From an uncultured Methanosarcinales archaeon (GTDB lineage Archaea > Nanobdellota > Nanobdellia > Woesearchaeales > CAYSVS01), in NCBI GenBank assembly GCA_964434475.1, contig CAYSVS010000006.1, positions 1 to 41,364 of the forward strand: a stretch of DNA of 41,364 nt, read 5' to 3'. The notes beneath the pieces are model-generated. The model saw only the letters and a list, made by a program, of their open reading frames with translations, had not been told where the DNA came from and searched no databases. This document shows, piece by piece, positions 12,101 through 20,174 of this stretch. The position numbers were made by a program, and so were the translations under genes. Position 1 is the stretch's first letter, and each line of letters opens with the position of its first letter.

Positions 12101-15100
12101 AGACTGCTATGATACTGATTGCTGGAGAAAAGGCGGAGAAACAGACGATCCAATAAATAATCCGTGTCCTTCAAAAGAATTGAACTGCAATGATGACATA
12201 GATAATGATTTTGATGATGGCTTGAATTCAAGAGATACTTCTTCATCTTCAGGACCTAATAATGGTAAAGATTGCAGGGATTATGATTGCGCAGGAAATG
12301 CTGCATGTCCTGTTGCTGAGAATAAATTAGCAGACGGAACAGATGCACCTGCTCAATGCTTTGACTCAATAGATAATGATTTAGATGCTTATGTGTGGGG
12401 AACAACTAATTATATTTTGAATACAGATGATTATGCTGGAATTGATTGCCTTGATTTAGATTGTAATGGAACAATAGATCCTGATGACGAGACACATAAA
12501 TGCGAGTTTGGCAAAGAATTAACTTGTGATGATGGATTTGATAATGATGGAGATGGCAAGACAGATGAAGAGGATCCTGATTGTGTCACAGGAATGTGTT
12601 ATCCTAATCCTATAGCTGAGAACTTAACTTTAGACAGCTGCGCTAATTTAGAAAATGATGATATTAGTCAAGATAATGATGTTGATTGCGCTGATACTGA
12701 TTGCAACGGCAACCCTTGTTATTCTGCATCAGGAGATTATTATGGCGTATGCGTATCTGGCTCTTGTAAATATCAAGCTACTGAAACAGATTGCAATGAT
12801 GGCAAGGATAATGATGGCGATGGTAAAAAAGATTGCTTAGATTCTGACTGTTCATCTGAAGATCATTGTCCTGATACAGGTATGGCTGGTCACCATTTAC
12901 CTAATGGAGTGTGGACTTATGATGTAAACAGATTAAGCGGTTCAACAACTATTAGTGGCGGTTCCGAAGGAAACATAAATGTAAGATATACTAATTATAT
13001 CAAGAAAGGTCATACAACTAAGATACAGTTAACATCAACAAAAGATCACGGTTTCGTATTCTACATAGGAAGAGAGTCTAATCCTTTGAGCAATATTATC
13101 AATAATGATAATTATGGCTCTTTAATAAGCGAATTAACATATCAATCTGACTTATTTGTCAGCGATACTAGTTCAGGATTAGAATTAGCACCTATATATC
13201 AAAAAACTTCCTTATCAAGCACTTTTGATTTCAATACTGGCGTAAATGTAGGCGTGAAAAACTTGGCTGTAGGAGGAAAAATCGGAACTTCTCCAGAAGA
13301 TATCAAGAATATAGCTATAATTGTATTAGAAAGTGTGAAACCTAGAATAAATGAAATAAATATTAAGCCAAACTCAGATGGTGTGCTAACCACAGTGACT
13401 GCTGAAGACAGAGCAGGAAGTGGAGAAGAACCTTCTGGAATATATTATTGCAATTTTAGGCTAAAACAAGGCACAACTTTAGTTTCGGAAAAGAATCATG
13501 TGCAATCTTGTATTTGGGATTATACTGACGCTAATTTAGATTATGGCCAATATACTATGGAAGTTGATGTATATGATGGTGCAGGAAACTTTGAGACAGA
13601 TTCAGAGACATTCGATTTCCAGGAAACAAAAGCAACAACAGGCAGAGATTGGTCATTCATAGATGATATAAATTATTTCACTCCTGGAGTTGATGATCTG
13701 GAATATAATGTAGAGTTTGAAAGCTATAACGGATTTTCAGGAACAACACCTTGCGTAATTACAGTATATGATATGTATGGCGATGTTGTAGAGACAAAGA
13801 ACTATGCTGTTGAGGTTAATCCTAACGATAATAAACGAGCAGTATGCAGCGGCAAACACGACTTAGATAAGACTGAAAACAATATGCAACTGTACAATAA
13901 CTCTCAATTGTTCTTTACAGTATCCTTGGAGGATGTGCGAGAAAAGACAGCAAGCAGCACAAGGAATCCTTTCTGGATGTGCGAATACACCATAAGAAAA
14001 GGACAATACGCTTGTGTTGATGAGTGCTTTGAGCCTTTGAATATAACTATAACTCACCCGCAAGAGAACGAAGTGTTTGAGCATCCTTTAATAAATGTTA
14101 GTGGATTTGCACCTGTAGGTGCAGAATTATCTTTGTATGTAAACAGCCAGTATAGGACAGAATTAGAAGTAGAATCATTAAGTGATGGTTCATTTGATTT
14201 TACAGCATTAGCTCTTGATAATGGAGTAAACACGATTGTTGTTTACGGTGTTTCGGATGAAAACTCAGGATTTGCCATGGTGGATGTAAATTATAGCTCA
14301 AAAGGGCCTATTGTAGATATAAACATAACTCCTAATGGAATGCCTGAAGTTGTCAATTATGTGGATGTAGTATTCTCTATAGATGATGAGGATACTGATG
14401 AATTACCTAATAAGTGGGAAGATAAGTTTGAAGAACTTAGCCCTGCAGTTAAATCAGATGCAAGTAAAAAATATAATGCAACACATACTTATTTTGAATA
14501 TTATACATTGACAGATGACTATGATCTTGAAGCGACAGAGATAATATTTAAGACAAAAGATCAAGAGAATGATGTTGAGATAAGCAAGCAATATATTTCT
14601 GATAATACTATAAGATTGACTTTCCCTGACGGATTAGCACCTGGAGCTTATTATATTGAAGTTATTTCTATAGACAAAGAAGGAGAACCTGGAACAAGCC
14701 AATTCTTGGACTTGCCGTTCTTCCCGGACGCACCTCATCCTGTGTTCAGTCCTAGACCGCCTCAGGCAACAAATGCTGAACGTTATGATTTTGAAGGATA
14801 TATAGATACAACTGTTGCTCCGCAGAAGGTGTTGTTTGAATCAGCTTGCTTATCCTCTGTTGGCCTGCCTAGGATGAAAGACATAACAGAAGAGCTTACT
14901 CCTGCATACGCATTTGAGATGCCTAATGTTGCATTATGCGAAGGTATTAACTTATACAAGATAATAGCTTATGGTGGAGAGTCAGGACGGGATTATAGTT
15001 ATGATAGGGGTTTTATATCTCGAGATAGCTCTTTTGAAGGATTAAAAGAGGATAGGGTGAAATTAGTATCTAAAGAAGAGGAGAAAAGCGGATTAGCAGA

Positions 15101-15575
15101 AACTTTTGAAGAGATAAAAGTAGAGGGAGGAGAAGAGATAGTGATAGGCGCTCCTAAGACTGCTATTAATTGCCTCGCTGATTATGACTGCTTTATAGAA
15201 CAAGCAGAAGATTGCTCAAAAGCTATGATGGAATACAATGAAGAGCTTATAACAGCATCAGGATATGTGTATAAATATGAATATATATTTAATATTGATA
15301 AAACTTTAGATGATACTTGCTTGTTTGAAGCGAAGATAGATGATTTTGATGTTGATGCAACCCAGACAAAGTACGAAGAATTGTTAGACGAGGGTAAAAA
15401 AGCAGAAGATATTCAACAGATACTTCAAACCTTGCTAGATAATCTTGCACAATCTTTAGAGACTGAAAAACAATGCGAATTTGAATCTAATGATAATCTT
15501 ACTGATATGCTTACTGATATAAAAAATAATAAAGATACTGCCAGAGATTGGGATTTTATAATTTGCAATGAATAA
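3153..15575 (+). CDS. Giant (4140 aa) secreted acidic Cys-rich surface protein/adhesin with carboxypeptidase-regulatory-like, FN3/Ig-like and Ca-binding CxDGxDNDxDGxxDCxDxDC repeats
   Basis: Signal peptide MLKKRGLLVVVVVLCLVLTIFA. IEGTVRSDDG/ISGFVYAQDTSDPIAGAKV beta-sandwich modules. CGNGEIDSGEECD Cys repeat. Two clusters of DND/DC repeats. Many D-x-x-P-P Ig-domain junctions. No obvious C-terminal TM helix. Confidence 0.9.
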   Translation: MLKKRGLLVVVVVLCLVLTIFASQIFADGEVGCCETILGYFEVPGDDYATEDECVVDGNFHDDPNCASHQEACCCIGNTGTITTEQVGCDSGTFHSNIYDLSTCQATCSGLSDCLETDCTTNNLDQGEQCVCGNEIVDYNNPYCCLTFEGGTVYDNSEACFDDCAPEEADGFIEGTVRSDDGPVIFDASVSVQGKVAKTDEDGSYSISGLTEGTYEVQVSAIGFVGEFSNVLITKTTNKDFDLTPLDNICGNGEIDSGEECDRNDDDCAEEYPDLYGTIDMYCAPPGYGDISCTCIAYDITQPPLDEPEAGDLCYDGIDNDRDNYVDECDKGCWSELNYDYEGANPIQTALYDMTANEVGLCNDNKDNDCDGKVDFQDNLECVPEDEVNVINPCGNSIDDDNDGAFDNCDTDCNPGLGQNVLLILEEYGPTENVVAGGCSDGLDNDCDGKIDCVGGAEGGDPDCNCEETETNCSDNVDNDGDGLYDCQDPDCNAQFCQGSNYCTELLAVDSNSDGINYDICCLAAEKFDCDDDGVFDSCGECPEDFCGTCGSIDCLGMQCDVANPSKQCTIEGKCEEVTANTISGFVYAQDTSDPIAGAKVVIGDNEIITNAQGGFYLIGIDLGSYTADATHPNYLPLEDYPVELTAEDNQPLIYLDMEPKPTYPLNLHIVEENTKDIIQGAQVRIDGEIIGNTNPSGNIADFVFQGMHQIAVTAQDYVANTVYHYVDNDLSTQALQIELKKAECNTDKVAPELNEINIYEGERKLGLSWTSHCNPEKVTLYKCENSPGVSTCDENYVNVVEDDTSAYLDTDVREGVRYCYKVVSHFADAENNQLVQKSSETKCVGPFNDPCLDQKGEYCFNDKTIYRCTTNSDSEGPNKAKQVRACQGDREYCYGPIDEEASCVYQSYCDECGLPFGVFSHIGTVGWEDQFGGQLQKQCEEIPLCFLDYTDTSVDAYDECADIMTCYDYKSQSACQGMPNLIAEGSDEDGSFNNKCLPRNCTWEPDPRYNEIGSGICREINETMQDCSLCDSNFHNEIYGMCDKTRCGLYGSCYYDYKRTGENAGEYLCTHKSEMSCEMYDTVEDCVGSNDLHVELDAIWEDPTTLLDDEFISSGTNEITQNSDDYLGFGVCTWGTPYLGFNRNYDDFDDPQPNNEMCYKDADFDRQIHQNNLDCNLDDVDCQKDMQAPVSYVDQPLLGCYGEYCSDIANITIFVSDYYKTSVGGFTSYYAINPEEGFVYPKDEVDYTIDYEFGDYVDTTQSKNYTVFFYSKDGSNNIEYPIKNFTIEIDPLPPSYNISVEEVPYVVEEFEDHDEWATNLTITGTVNNEKASCNAELLKLVGALDLSKKNPLVQEYTKEWKRFYHGLSDGYYLYNVSCRDLAGNVNNTMYPILVDADKSITDPQPSGTINYTDVTFSVLTPTNAECGYTLNSEVTSYDALLAENYMQNAAEYFPAPNDNLIKGYKHTKSKQFAANELHELKIVCKSGAKNNYQDLIFTIDKLAPEIKVVEKGTDNLHELQQWQLTHDFALKCYDERLPDSGGKLNGEPFGCANIYYCITAADLPNCNDFTEVEGGYVNVPSVSEPSMQKICYYAVDKGGNSVEPVCENIYVDNTPSNISIKIFDSTNAENYYVTRFDGFSVRLTSTEELVPETLSLSYQVSNGARADVIMTPVDGNNKLYEGFIDIPETNSFKNIEGIANNTRWQLSAFDLQEVETTELSIIDNPFFTLDTKGPDYPKIYVPNWEAYPQKVHNEPSSVLKINGLAADGASEETIRVYVTNKSFEDRTEARANIGTTDWTYVETTSLEESSFFTVSMFETSVIAGTNSLIVDPAESSLPLLVKISDLTGKYIEFYQQSSAMLANKTYYKITDAKTEGNKIRLTFTPKLNVDIPAFADIKIHDKFAKQGWFSVDLPLISGNNWVYAVAIDEYGNEGEAHIQSPFKVISDPYPPEVRIIEPMPTSYASGSGIYVIGEIEDNSGLDVSSVNLTVKKTTYLVPPIVETFSYTCASPEIDCENNDNDDSEDGDTNMLFTYSPSPELTNGRYELKLTAKDLVGGEGINLSWFEIDGNVPHEPFLEIEDAFLFSQVPYTDNDNPEMNISFMQDIGKDVEIESISLSDPDGQEVNIVLPLVKQDFNLPLDGTSTLSVNSFEAQEPVIFVYDDSGSNIVGFKAHKEIVNLINAQVKLTGLIHEGSFPSDVELRVDDTLVWSPGGALDATETIQFTSDLADALDDCEEDALGYCEITLDIFSATKGRVKIENLDIDYEISNKLLRDNYYAKYTTYLDNTLFTKSGEYTFTIEAKKETEEGWSNTAILVPVFYFDNTPPVINIVMANATMDTTPQYFIESDDPVVCDVAIVKQGTTPQEQSYITLNENHNITVEGESDELDISHLNIQVKDNLQDAPPYLYIEHPDYIDSDYSIYADCVNFFDMSAQENHNFYLVHPKQNKLFYRNGDTIEFILRMDPGLKDTITCDLSELDSNFNSGNCDVEELDNEGNYKLSYDITDTNEKEDGSYWGYLSYGDVDKERVVMHLHNDDFTMGLESDKDYSKAVQCQSFAGYFFNELNCVHDLDGLSVYSFRNSDAAGDNLPICPDSSPNIRCASIYYLHRNKQDVEQSVVLDDPCYNDQFCMVEISALNLRAYYNKYADRNGLLKVRFEIANTDSAHNYQIQNPENNFNSDSFNFFNCNNVLSSNAGDGAVSLTCGDISQKSVVSVMLDNSPLGLKEYPLLVTRAKDQKNIISELEFSEVVDKNQKASARVIEEGEDVVVNGFYPYCNDGVDNDLNTPLNFNYIGISGGDKADCRDSACDNKLVDTNKKCEYQTELSCDDGFDNDMDDPQRLKSSSYANLIKNNKDSDGITSVNAGEGRFYDCYDNDCYANDDECPSFELNCMNNVNDDFDFGSYGVEETTSLQTTPGGTSMIDCLDVDCDTEQGDPDNTANICHFGNEFAGYPLSCRDNFNNDADNGAGSANTNKFNLDFSDCYDTDCWRKGGETDDPINNPCPSKELNCNDDIDNDFDDGLNSRDTSSSSGPNNGKDCRDYDCAGNAACPVAENKLADGTDAPAQCFDSIDNDLDAYVWGTTNYILNTDDYAGIDCLDLDCNGTIDPDDETHKCEFGKELTCDDGFDNDGDGKTDEEDPDCVTGMCYPNPIAENLTLDSCANLENDDISQDNDVDCADTDCNGNPCYSASGDYYGVCVSGSCKYQATETDCNDGKDNDGDGKKDCLDSDCSSEDHCPDTGMAGHHLPNGVWTYDVNRLSGSTTISGGSEGNINVRYTNYIKKGHTTKIQLTSTKDHGFVFYIGRESNPLSNIINNDNYGSLISELTYQSDLFVSDTSSGLELAPIYQKTSLSSTFDFNTGVNVGVKNLAVGGKIGTSPEDIKNIAIIVLESVKPRINEINIKPNSDGVLTTVTAEDRAGSGEEPSGIYYCNFRLKQGTTLVSEKNHVQSCIWDYTDANLDYGQYTMEVDVYDGAGNFETDSETFDFQETKATTGRDWSFIDDINYFTPGVDDLEYNVEFESYNGFSGTTPCVITVYDMYGDVVETKNYAVEVNPNDNKRAVCSGKHDLDKTENNMQLYNNSQLFFTVSLEDVREKTASSTRNPFWMCEYTIRKGQYACVDECFEPLNITITHPQENEVFEHPLINVSGFAPVGAELSLYVNSQYRTELEVESLSDGSFDFTALALDNGVNTIVVYGVSDENSGFAMVDVNYSSKGPIVDINITPNGMPEVVNYVDVVFSIDDEDTDELPNKWEDKFEELSPAVKSDASKKYNATHTYFEYYTLTDDYDLEATEIIFKTKDQENDVEISKQYISDNTIRLTFPDGLAPGAYYIEVISIDKEGEPGTSQFLDLPFFPDAPHPVFSPRPPQATNAERYDFEGYIDTTVAPQKVLFESACLSSVGLPRMKDITEELTPAYAFEMPNVALCEGINLYKIIAYGGESGRDYSYDRGFISRDSSFEGLKEDRVKLVSKEEEKSGLAETFEEIKVEGGEEIVIGAPKTAINCLADYDCFIEQAEDCSKAMMEYNEELITASGYVYKYEYIFNIDKTLDDTCLFEAKIDDFDVDATQTKYEELLDEGKKAEDIQQILQTLLDNLAQSLETEKQCEFESNDNLTDMLTDIKNNKDTARDWDFIICNE
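4090..4630 (+). repeat. Five compact CxDGxDNDxDGxxDCxDxDC-type coding repeats
   Basis: CYDGIDNDRDNYVDECDKGC, CNDNKDNDCDGKVDFQD, CGNSIDDDNDGAFDNCDTDC, CSDGLDNDCDGKIDC, CSDNVDNDGDGLYDCQDPDC. Confidence 0.8.
11484..12851 (+). repeat. Nine DND..DCxDxxC coding repeats, six with long unrelated loop insertions
   Basis: Read from the translation; see finding. Confidence 0.75.
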
Positions 15576-18500
15576 TGAGATTAAAAATAAAAAAAAAGAG
15601 GTGTATTTTTTTAATTCTGTTTTTGATAGTTCTATGTTCTTTTGTTTTTGCAAACCCTAAAAATTTCAAGACATCTAACAGACAATTTACTATCTCTATG
15701 CCTTTTGAGGAGCCGTCAAAGATAACAGATGCAACACTTTATGATGAAAATGGATTTACATACGATATTGTCATATTAAGAAATGATAAGAAAACATTAT
15801 ATTGGATAAAGCCAGAAGGTGTAATGGCTATAGGAAACTATACTTTGAATTTTACTGCAACTGATCTTCTGGATAATCCTTCGCAATCTTTTATTTTTGA
15901 GATTGAACTTACTCCGCTTGATATTGTTTTGGTGAATCCCAGGTTTGGCTATGCTACAGAAGATGTAATAGATATCATAGCAGAAACAGAGGTTGAAGCG
16001 GTATGCAAATATGGAGGACCAACTTCAACATTTACTCAGTTGTCTTTGCTTTTTGATCAGACTGGAAACACAGAACATATAATGCCTGAATTTGGTTTAT
16101 CTTCAAATACAGTTTTATATGTGCATTGTAATGATACTTATGGCTATATAAACTCAAAAGCGTTTCCTTTGTATCTGTATACAGATAAGCCTTCTATAGA
16201 TAAAATTTATGCTAAACCAAATCCTATAGTAGATATTCCTGTTGAAACTGACTTGGTTACAGAGACTGATGTTGATTCTATATGTAAGTATAGTTTATTT
16301 GATATTGATTATGATAATATGGAATATAAATTTCCAGGATGGGATACAGAAAATATATCTGCTTTTACAAAACAACATACTGTAAAATTAAACAATATGG
16401 CAGATGATAACACCTATACTTATTATGTGCAGTGCGAGAATTTAGGCGGTACATTGACTAGTAAGAAAAGCGTCAATGTAAAGGTAGATCTTGATGCACC
16501 ATTGATAATTACAGACAATACTGTTGAATTTACTACTGAAAGCAGTGTATATCTTAATTTATCAACAAACAGGAATTCTACTTGCAAGTATGGCACTACT
16601 TCAGGAGAATATTATTATGATTTTGGTGCAGGAGCAGAGAACAAAAAAGAGCATGTAAAAAGGCTGCCAAACCAAGGAAGCTTTAGCGACGGCACCTATA
16701 CATATTATGTAAAATGTGAAACAAGTGCAGTCATAGATGAAAAGTTGGAAAATCTTATTGAGTATGAAACTGTTGAATTTACTATAGATAATACCAAGCC
16801 TGTAGTAGCTGAGATAGATGACAAAAACGTTTCTTGCTTGTACGGAAAATATTTTGCGCTTGAAGCAGAATTCTATGCAGAAGACAATCAATCAGGCATA
16901 GCAGAATATATGTATTCAGTAAGGGATGGAAAGACAAGCAGCAGCAAATCGATAGTGAATTGGACATCCACAACATCAGAGGAAGCAGAGGTTGATGAGG
17001 ATGATGAAGGCAATGACTTAAATTTAACTATAGGAAAAAGATATTATTTTGTAGTTAAGGCAAAGAATAACGCAGGATTGTGGAGCGATGAAAAAATAAG
17101 TGACGGCGTAGAAGCACAGACTGAGTTTCATGACAAATGCAGGGAAAAAACGCCTCCTGTTGTTAATGTGCTGCTTAAACCAGCTAGAGGAGGAGTGAAT
17201 ACAAGTCTTGTATGTAATGATATCGAAGGTAAGGATGGCAAGCAACCAAGCGGTTGCGATTTTGTATCCTATGGAACAAGTTTTGAAAAAGATTTCTGTT
17301 ATCCTAGCAGTAGCTCTTATGACACCCCATTCCTTATATCAGAAAATACTTGGCTTTGCTGGAAAGCGTCAGATAAAGCAGGAAACTCTGCTGAAGAATA
17401 TAAGTTCATCAATCTTTCAGCTATTGCAGAAGATGCTGATCTTGACGGAATACAGGATTTTTCTGATAATTGTCCTACTATATATAATCCAGAACAAGAG
17501 GACACTAATGCAGATGGAATAGGAGATGTGTGCTCGCCAGAAGGCTGTTTGATAGATGAAGACGGAGACGGTCATGGTGTTGGATGTTTGAATGGGCCTG
17601 ATTGTAATGATCAAGATCCTTATGTATTCCAAGCTTGCCCTAACGGCTGCAAACAAGACACTGACGGAGATGGCTATGGCATAAGCTGTGCGAATGGTCC
17701 AGATTGCGACGATACTGATCCAGATATACATGTAGGCTGTACAAACGGCTGTATACAAGATAATGATGGAGATGGTTATGGTTTAGGATGTGATGCAGGA
17801 CTAGATTGCGATGACGCAGATCCAGAGTCTAGCTCTAACTGCACAAGCAACTGCCTTCAGGATACTGATGGAGATGGTTATGGTCTTGGATGCGACGCAG
17901 GACTAGACTGTGATGATACTGATATAAGATATTACGATAATTGCGAAAATGGATGCACGCAAGATACAGATGGAGACGGTAGAGGATTAGGCTGTGATGC
18001 AGGGATGGATTGCGATGATATGGATCCAGAAATCTATACTGGCTGCGCTAATGGTTGTCTTTTGGATAGTGATGGAGATGGTTATGGTATAGGATGCACA
18101 AAAGGTAAAGATTGTAATGATGTAGATCCTTATGTTTTTGACAATTGTACCAACGGCTGCATACAGGATAATGATGGAGACGGATATGGTCACGGATGCT
18201 TGGATGGATGGGATTGTGATGATACAAATCCCAACATCTATGTTGACTGCGCAACAGGATGCATGCAGGATACAGACGGCGATGGATTTGGATTAGGTTG
18301 TACAAATGGACCTGACTGTGATGATTATGATCCTCTTGTATCAACAGGATGTTTCGGTGATTGTACTTTTGATTCTGACTGCGACGGAATGGATGATGAA
18401 TGGGAAGAAGAGTATGGGCTTGATCCAGATGTGAATGATGCTGATTTAGATCCTGATGAAGACGGCTACACCAATATAGAAGAGTATAGGATGGGAAGAG

Positions 18501-19603
18501 AGCCTTATTTCAATGAAGAAGAAAATGATAGAGACAAAGACGGCATTGATGATGATTGGGAATCTAAGCAATGTCCTAATGGAGATTGCGATCCTTATGA
18601 TGATCTTGATGGAGATGGTTTGACCAATATAGAAGAATATGAATTGTCTGTATCTGGAACATATGTGGGAGATCTTGATCCTCAGAACAAAGATACTGAT
18701 GATGATGGTTATGATGACGGTAGAGAAGTAAATGCGGGATTTGACCCTACTGATCCTGAGAGCCATCCTATGCCTGTTGCAGGAATAACTTTGTTGACTT
18801 TAGGATTATTATCAAGTTTAAGTGGTGCAGGTTATATAGGCTATAAAAGATATAAAGAATATAAAGCAAGACCTTCTGTGCAAGTTTCATCAAGAAAACC
18901 TGTGGATGGAGTAAGAAGGCCTTTACCTCAAAGATTTGCAAGACCAGTAAGACCTGAATCAATACCTGTAATATCTAAAGATTCTGAAGCATATAAAAGG
19001 TTTCAGCAAAAATTAAAGAAAAGGGAAACTTCAAGAAAAGGCATATTTGAAAATTTTGGAAAGCAGGCTCCAAAAGAAAAGCCTGAGTTCAAACCTGAAA
19101 TACCTGAAAAAAAGCCAGAAGAGATATTCAAAGAAGTTGTTCAGAAAAAAGAAAGGCCAAAGAAAAAAACTGAAGAGCCGCCAAAAAAACCAAAGCCTGC
19201 CTTCTTCAGCAAACTAAAAAGAATAGTCAAAGGAAAGGATGTTTTTTCGGAGCTTAAGCGGGTAAGCGGAGATAGAGAACAAGCTTTCAATACGTTGAGC
19301 TCATTAAAACCTAGTGATTTTGACAGGTTAAAGTCTCTTACTTCTGAAAAAGAGGACAAGAATCTGAAAGATTTAATAAAAGATTACGAAAGTTTAAATA
19401 AGGAAAAAAGAAAATCAAGAGTGAAAAAGTTCAGACAGCGCGTTAAACAAAAACAAAAGTCAAGAGAATTTAATAGGCTGAATAAGATAACATCGCAGCA
19501 CAAGTCAGGTTTAAAAGATCTTTCTGAACTCAATCAAGAAAAGAGCAAGGAAGAATCAATATCCAAATTAAGAAAGAATTTAAAGAATAAGAAGAAAAGG
19601 TGA
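15575..19603 (+). CDS. Membrane-anchored surface protein (1342 aa): Ig/FN3-like domains, TSP3-like and 34-aa Cys/Asp repeats, C-terminal TM, long basic cytoplasmic tail
   Basis: Signal peptide; RYYFVVKAKNNAGLWS (FN3-like); DADLDGIQDFSDNCPTIYNPEQEDTNADGIGDVC (thrombospondin type 3-like); DxDxDGxxxxxE repeats; TM VAGITLLTLGLLSSLSGAGYIGY; K/R-rich tail. TAATG stop/start overlap with the upstream gene. Confidence 0.9.
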   Translation: MRLKIKKKRCIFLILFLIVLCSFVFANPKNFKTSNRQFTISMPFEEPSKITDATLYDENGFTYDIVILRNDKKTLYWIKPEGVMAIGNYTLNFTATDLLDNPSQSFIFEIELTPLDIVLVNPRFGYATEDVIDIIAETEVEAVCKYGGPTSTFTQLSLLFDQTGNTEHIMPEFGLSSNTVLYVHCNDTYGYINSKAFPLYLYTDKPSIDKIYAKPNPIVDIPVETDLVTETDVDSICKYSLFDIDYDNMEYKFPGWDTENISAFTKQHTVKLNNMADDNTYTYYVQCENLGGTLTSKKSVNVKVDLDAPLIITDNTVEFTTESSVYLNLSTNRNSTCKYGTTSGEYYYDFGAGAENKKEHVKRLPNQGSFSDGTYTYYVKCETSAVIDEKLENLIEYETVEFTIDNTKPVVAEIDDKNVSCLYGKYFALEAEFYAEDNQSGIAEYMYSVRDGKTSSSKSIVNWTSTTSEEAEVDEDDEGNDLNLTIGKRYYFVVKAKNNAGLWSDEKISDGVEAQTEFHDKCREKTPPVVNVLLKPARGGVNTSLVCNDIEGKDGKQPSGCDFVSYGTSFEKDFCYPSSSSYDTPFLISENTWLCWKASDKAGNSAEEYKFINLSAIAEDADLDGIQDFSDNCPTIYNPEQEDTNADGIGDVCSPEGCLIDEDGDGHGVGCLNGPDCNDQDPYVFQACPNGCKQDTDGDGYGISCANGPDCDDTDPDIHVGCTNGCIQDNDGDGYGLGCDAGLDCDDADPESSSNCTSNCLQDTDGDGYGLGCDAGLDCDDTDIRYYDNCENGCTQDTDGDGRGLGCDAGMDCDDMDPEIYTGCANGCLLDSDGDGYGIGCTKGKDCNDVDPYVFDNCTNGCIQDNDGDGYGHGCLDGWDCDDTNPNIYVDCATGCMQDTDGDGFGLGCTNGPDCDDYDPLVSTGCFGDCTFDSDCDGMDDEWEEEYGLDPDVNDADLDPDEDGYTNIEEYRMGREPYFNEEENDRDKDGIDDDWESKQCPNGDCDPYDDLDGDGLTNIEEYELSVSGTYVGDLDPQNKDTDDDGYDDGREVNAGFDPTDPESHPMPVAGITLLTLGLLSSLSGAGYIGYKRYKEYKARPSVQVSSRKPVDGVRRPLPQRFARPVRPESIPVISKDSEAYKRFQQKLKKRETSRKGIFENFGKQAPKEKPEFKPEIPEKKPEEIFKEVVQKKERPKKKTEEPPKKPKPAFFSKLKRIVKGKDVFSELKRVSGDREQAFNTLSSLKPSDFDRLKSLTSEKEDKNLKDLIKDYESLNKEKRKSRVKKFRQRVKQKQKSREFNRLNKITSQHKSGLKDLSELNQEKSKEESISKLRKNLKNKKKR
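17543..18358 (+). repeat. Eight tandem 102-bp (34-aa) coding repeats GCxQDxDGDGYGxGCxxGxDCDDxDPxxxxxCxN
   Basis: Eight gap-free units counted in the translation, 4 Cys each. Confidence 0.9.
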
Positions 19604-19608
19604 TTTTA

Positions 19609-20166
19609 ATGAAATCTAAGAAAGCGCAGCATAGTCAAATATTTACTATAATACTTGGAATAGTTATAGTGGGAGGAATCCTTCTTTTTGGCTACAGCTC
19701 ATTCAATAAGTTAAGAATACAGAGTGAGCAGGCTGAGTTTATACAATTTAAAGAGGATTTAAAATCTGGTGTCAATCTAGTATATTCTGATTATGGTACA
19801 GTCAAGAAGAAAGAGCTTAGGCTGCCATTGGATTATGATGAGATATGCTTTGTTGATGTTGATTATGTTTGGGGAGAGATAGCGACAACTGAAAATTATA
19901 ATTTTATTCAAAATAATAAGGTTAGTCAGAATAATCGCGGATTGTTAACTCTTATTGACGATAGTGTAAAATCCAATGTAAAGAAAAACACTTTTCTTTT
20001 AGGTCCTAAGAACGCATTCGACAGTATTCTTTTAGGTAATGAAGACACTGAGAAAAGCTATATAAAAAATTCTAATACTCCTTTTGTTTGCGTAAAGGCT
20101 TCCAACGGATATCTTACCTTAAGACTTGAAGGATTAGGCAATGGAGTTAAGATAGAAGAATGGTGA
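19609..20166 (+). CDS. Class III signal peptide (type IV pilin-like) protein
   Basis: MKSKKA/QHSQIFTIILGIVIVGGILLFG; AGGTGA SD-like site favours ATG 19609 over GTG 19600. Confidence 0.8.
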   Translation: MKSKKAQHSQIFTIILGIVIVGGILLFGYSSFNKLRIQSEQAEFIQFKEDLKSGVNLVYSDYGTVKKKELRLPLDYDEICFVDVDYVWGEIATTENYNFIQNNKVSQNNRGLLTLIDDSVKSNVKKNTFLLGPKNAFDSILLGNEDTEKSYIKNSNTPFVCVKASNGYLTLRLEGLGNGVKIEEW

Positions 20167-20174
20167 AAGATAGT

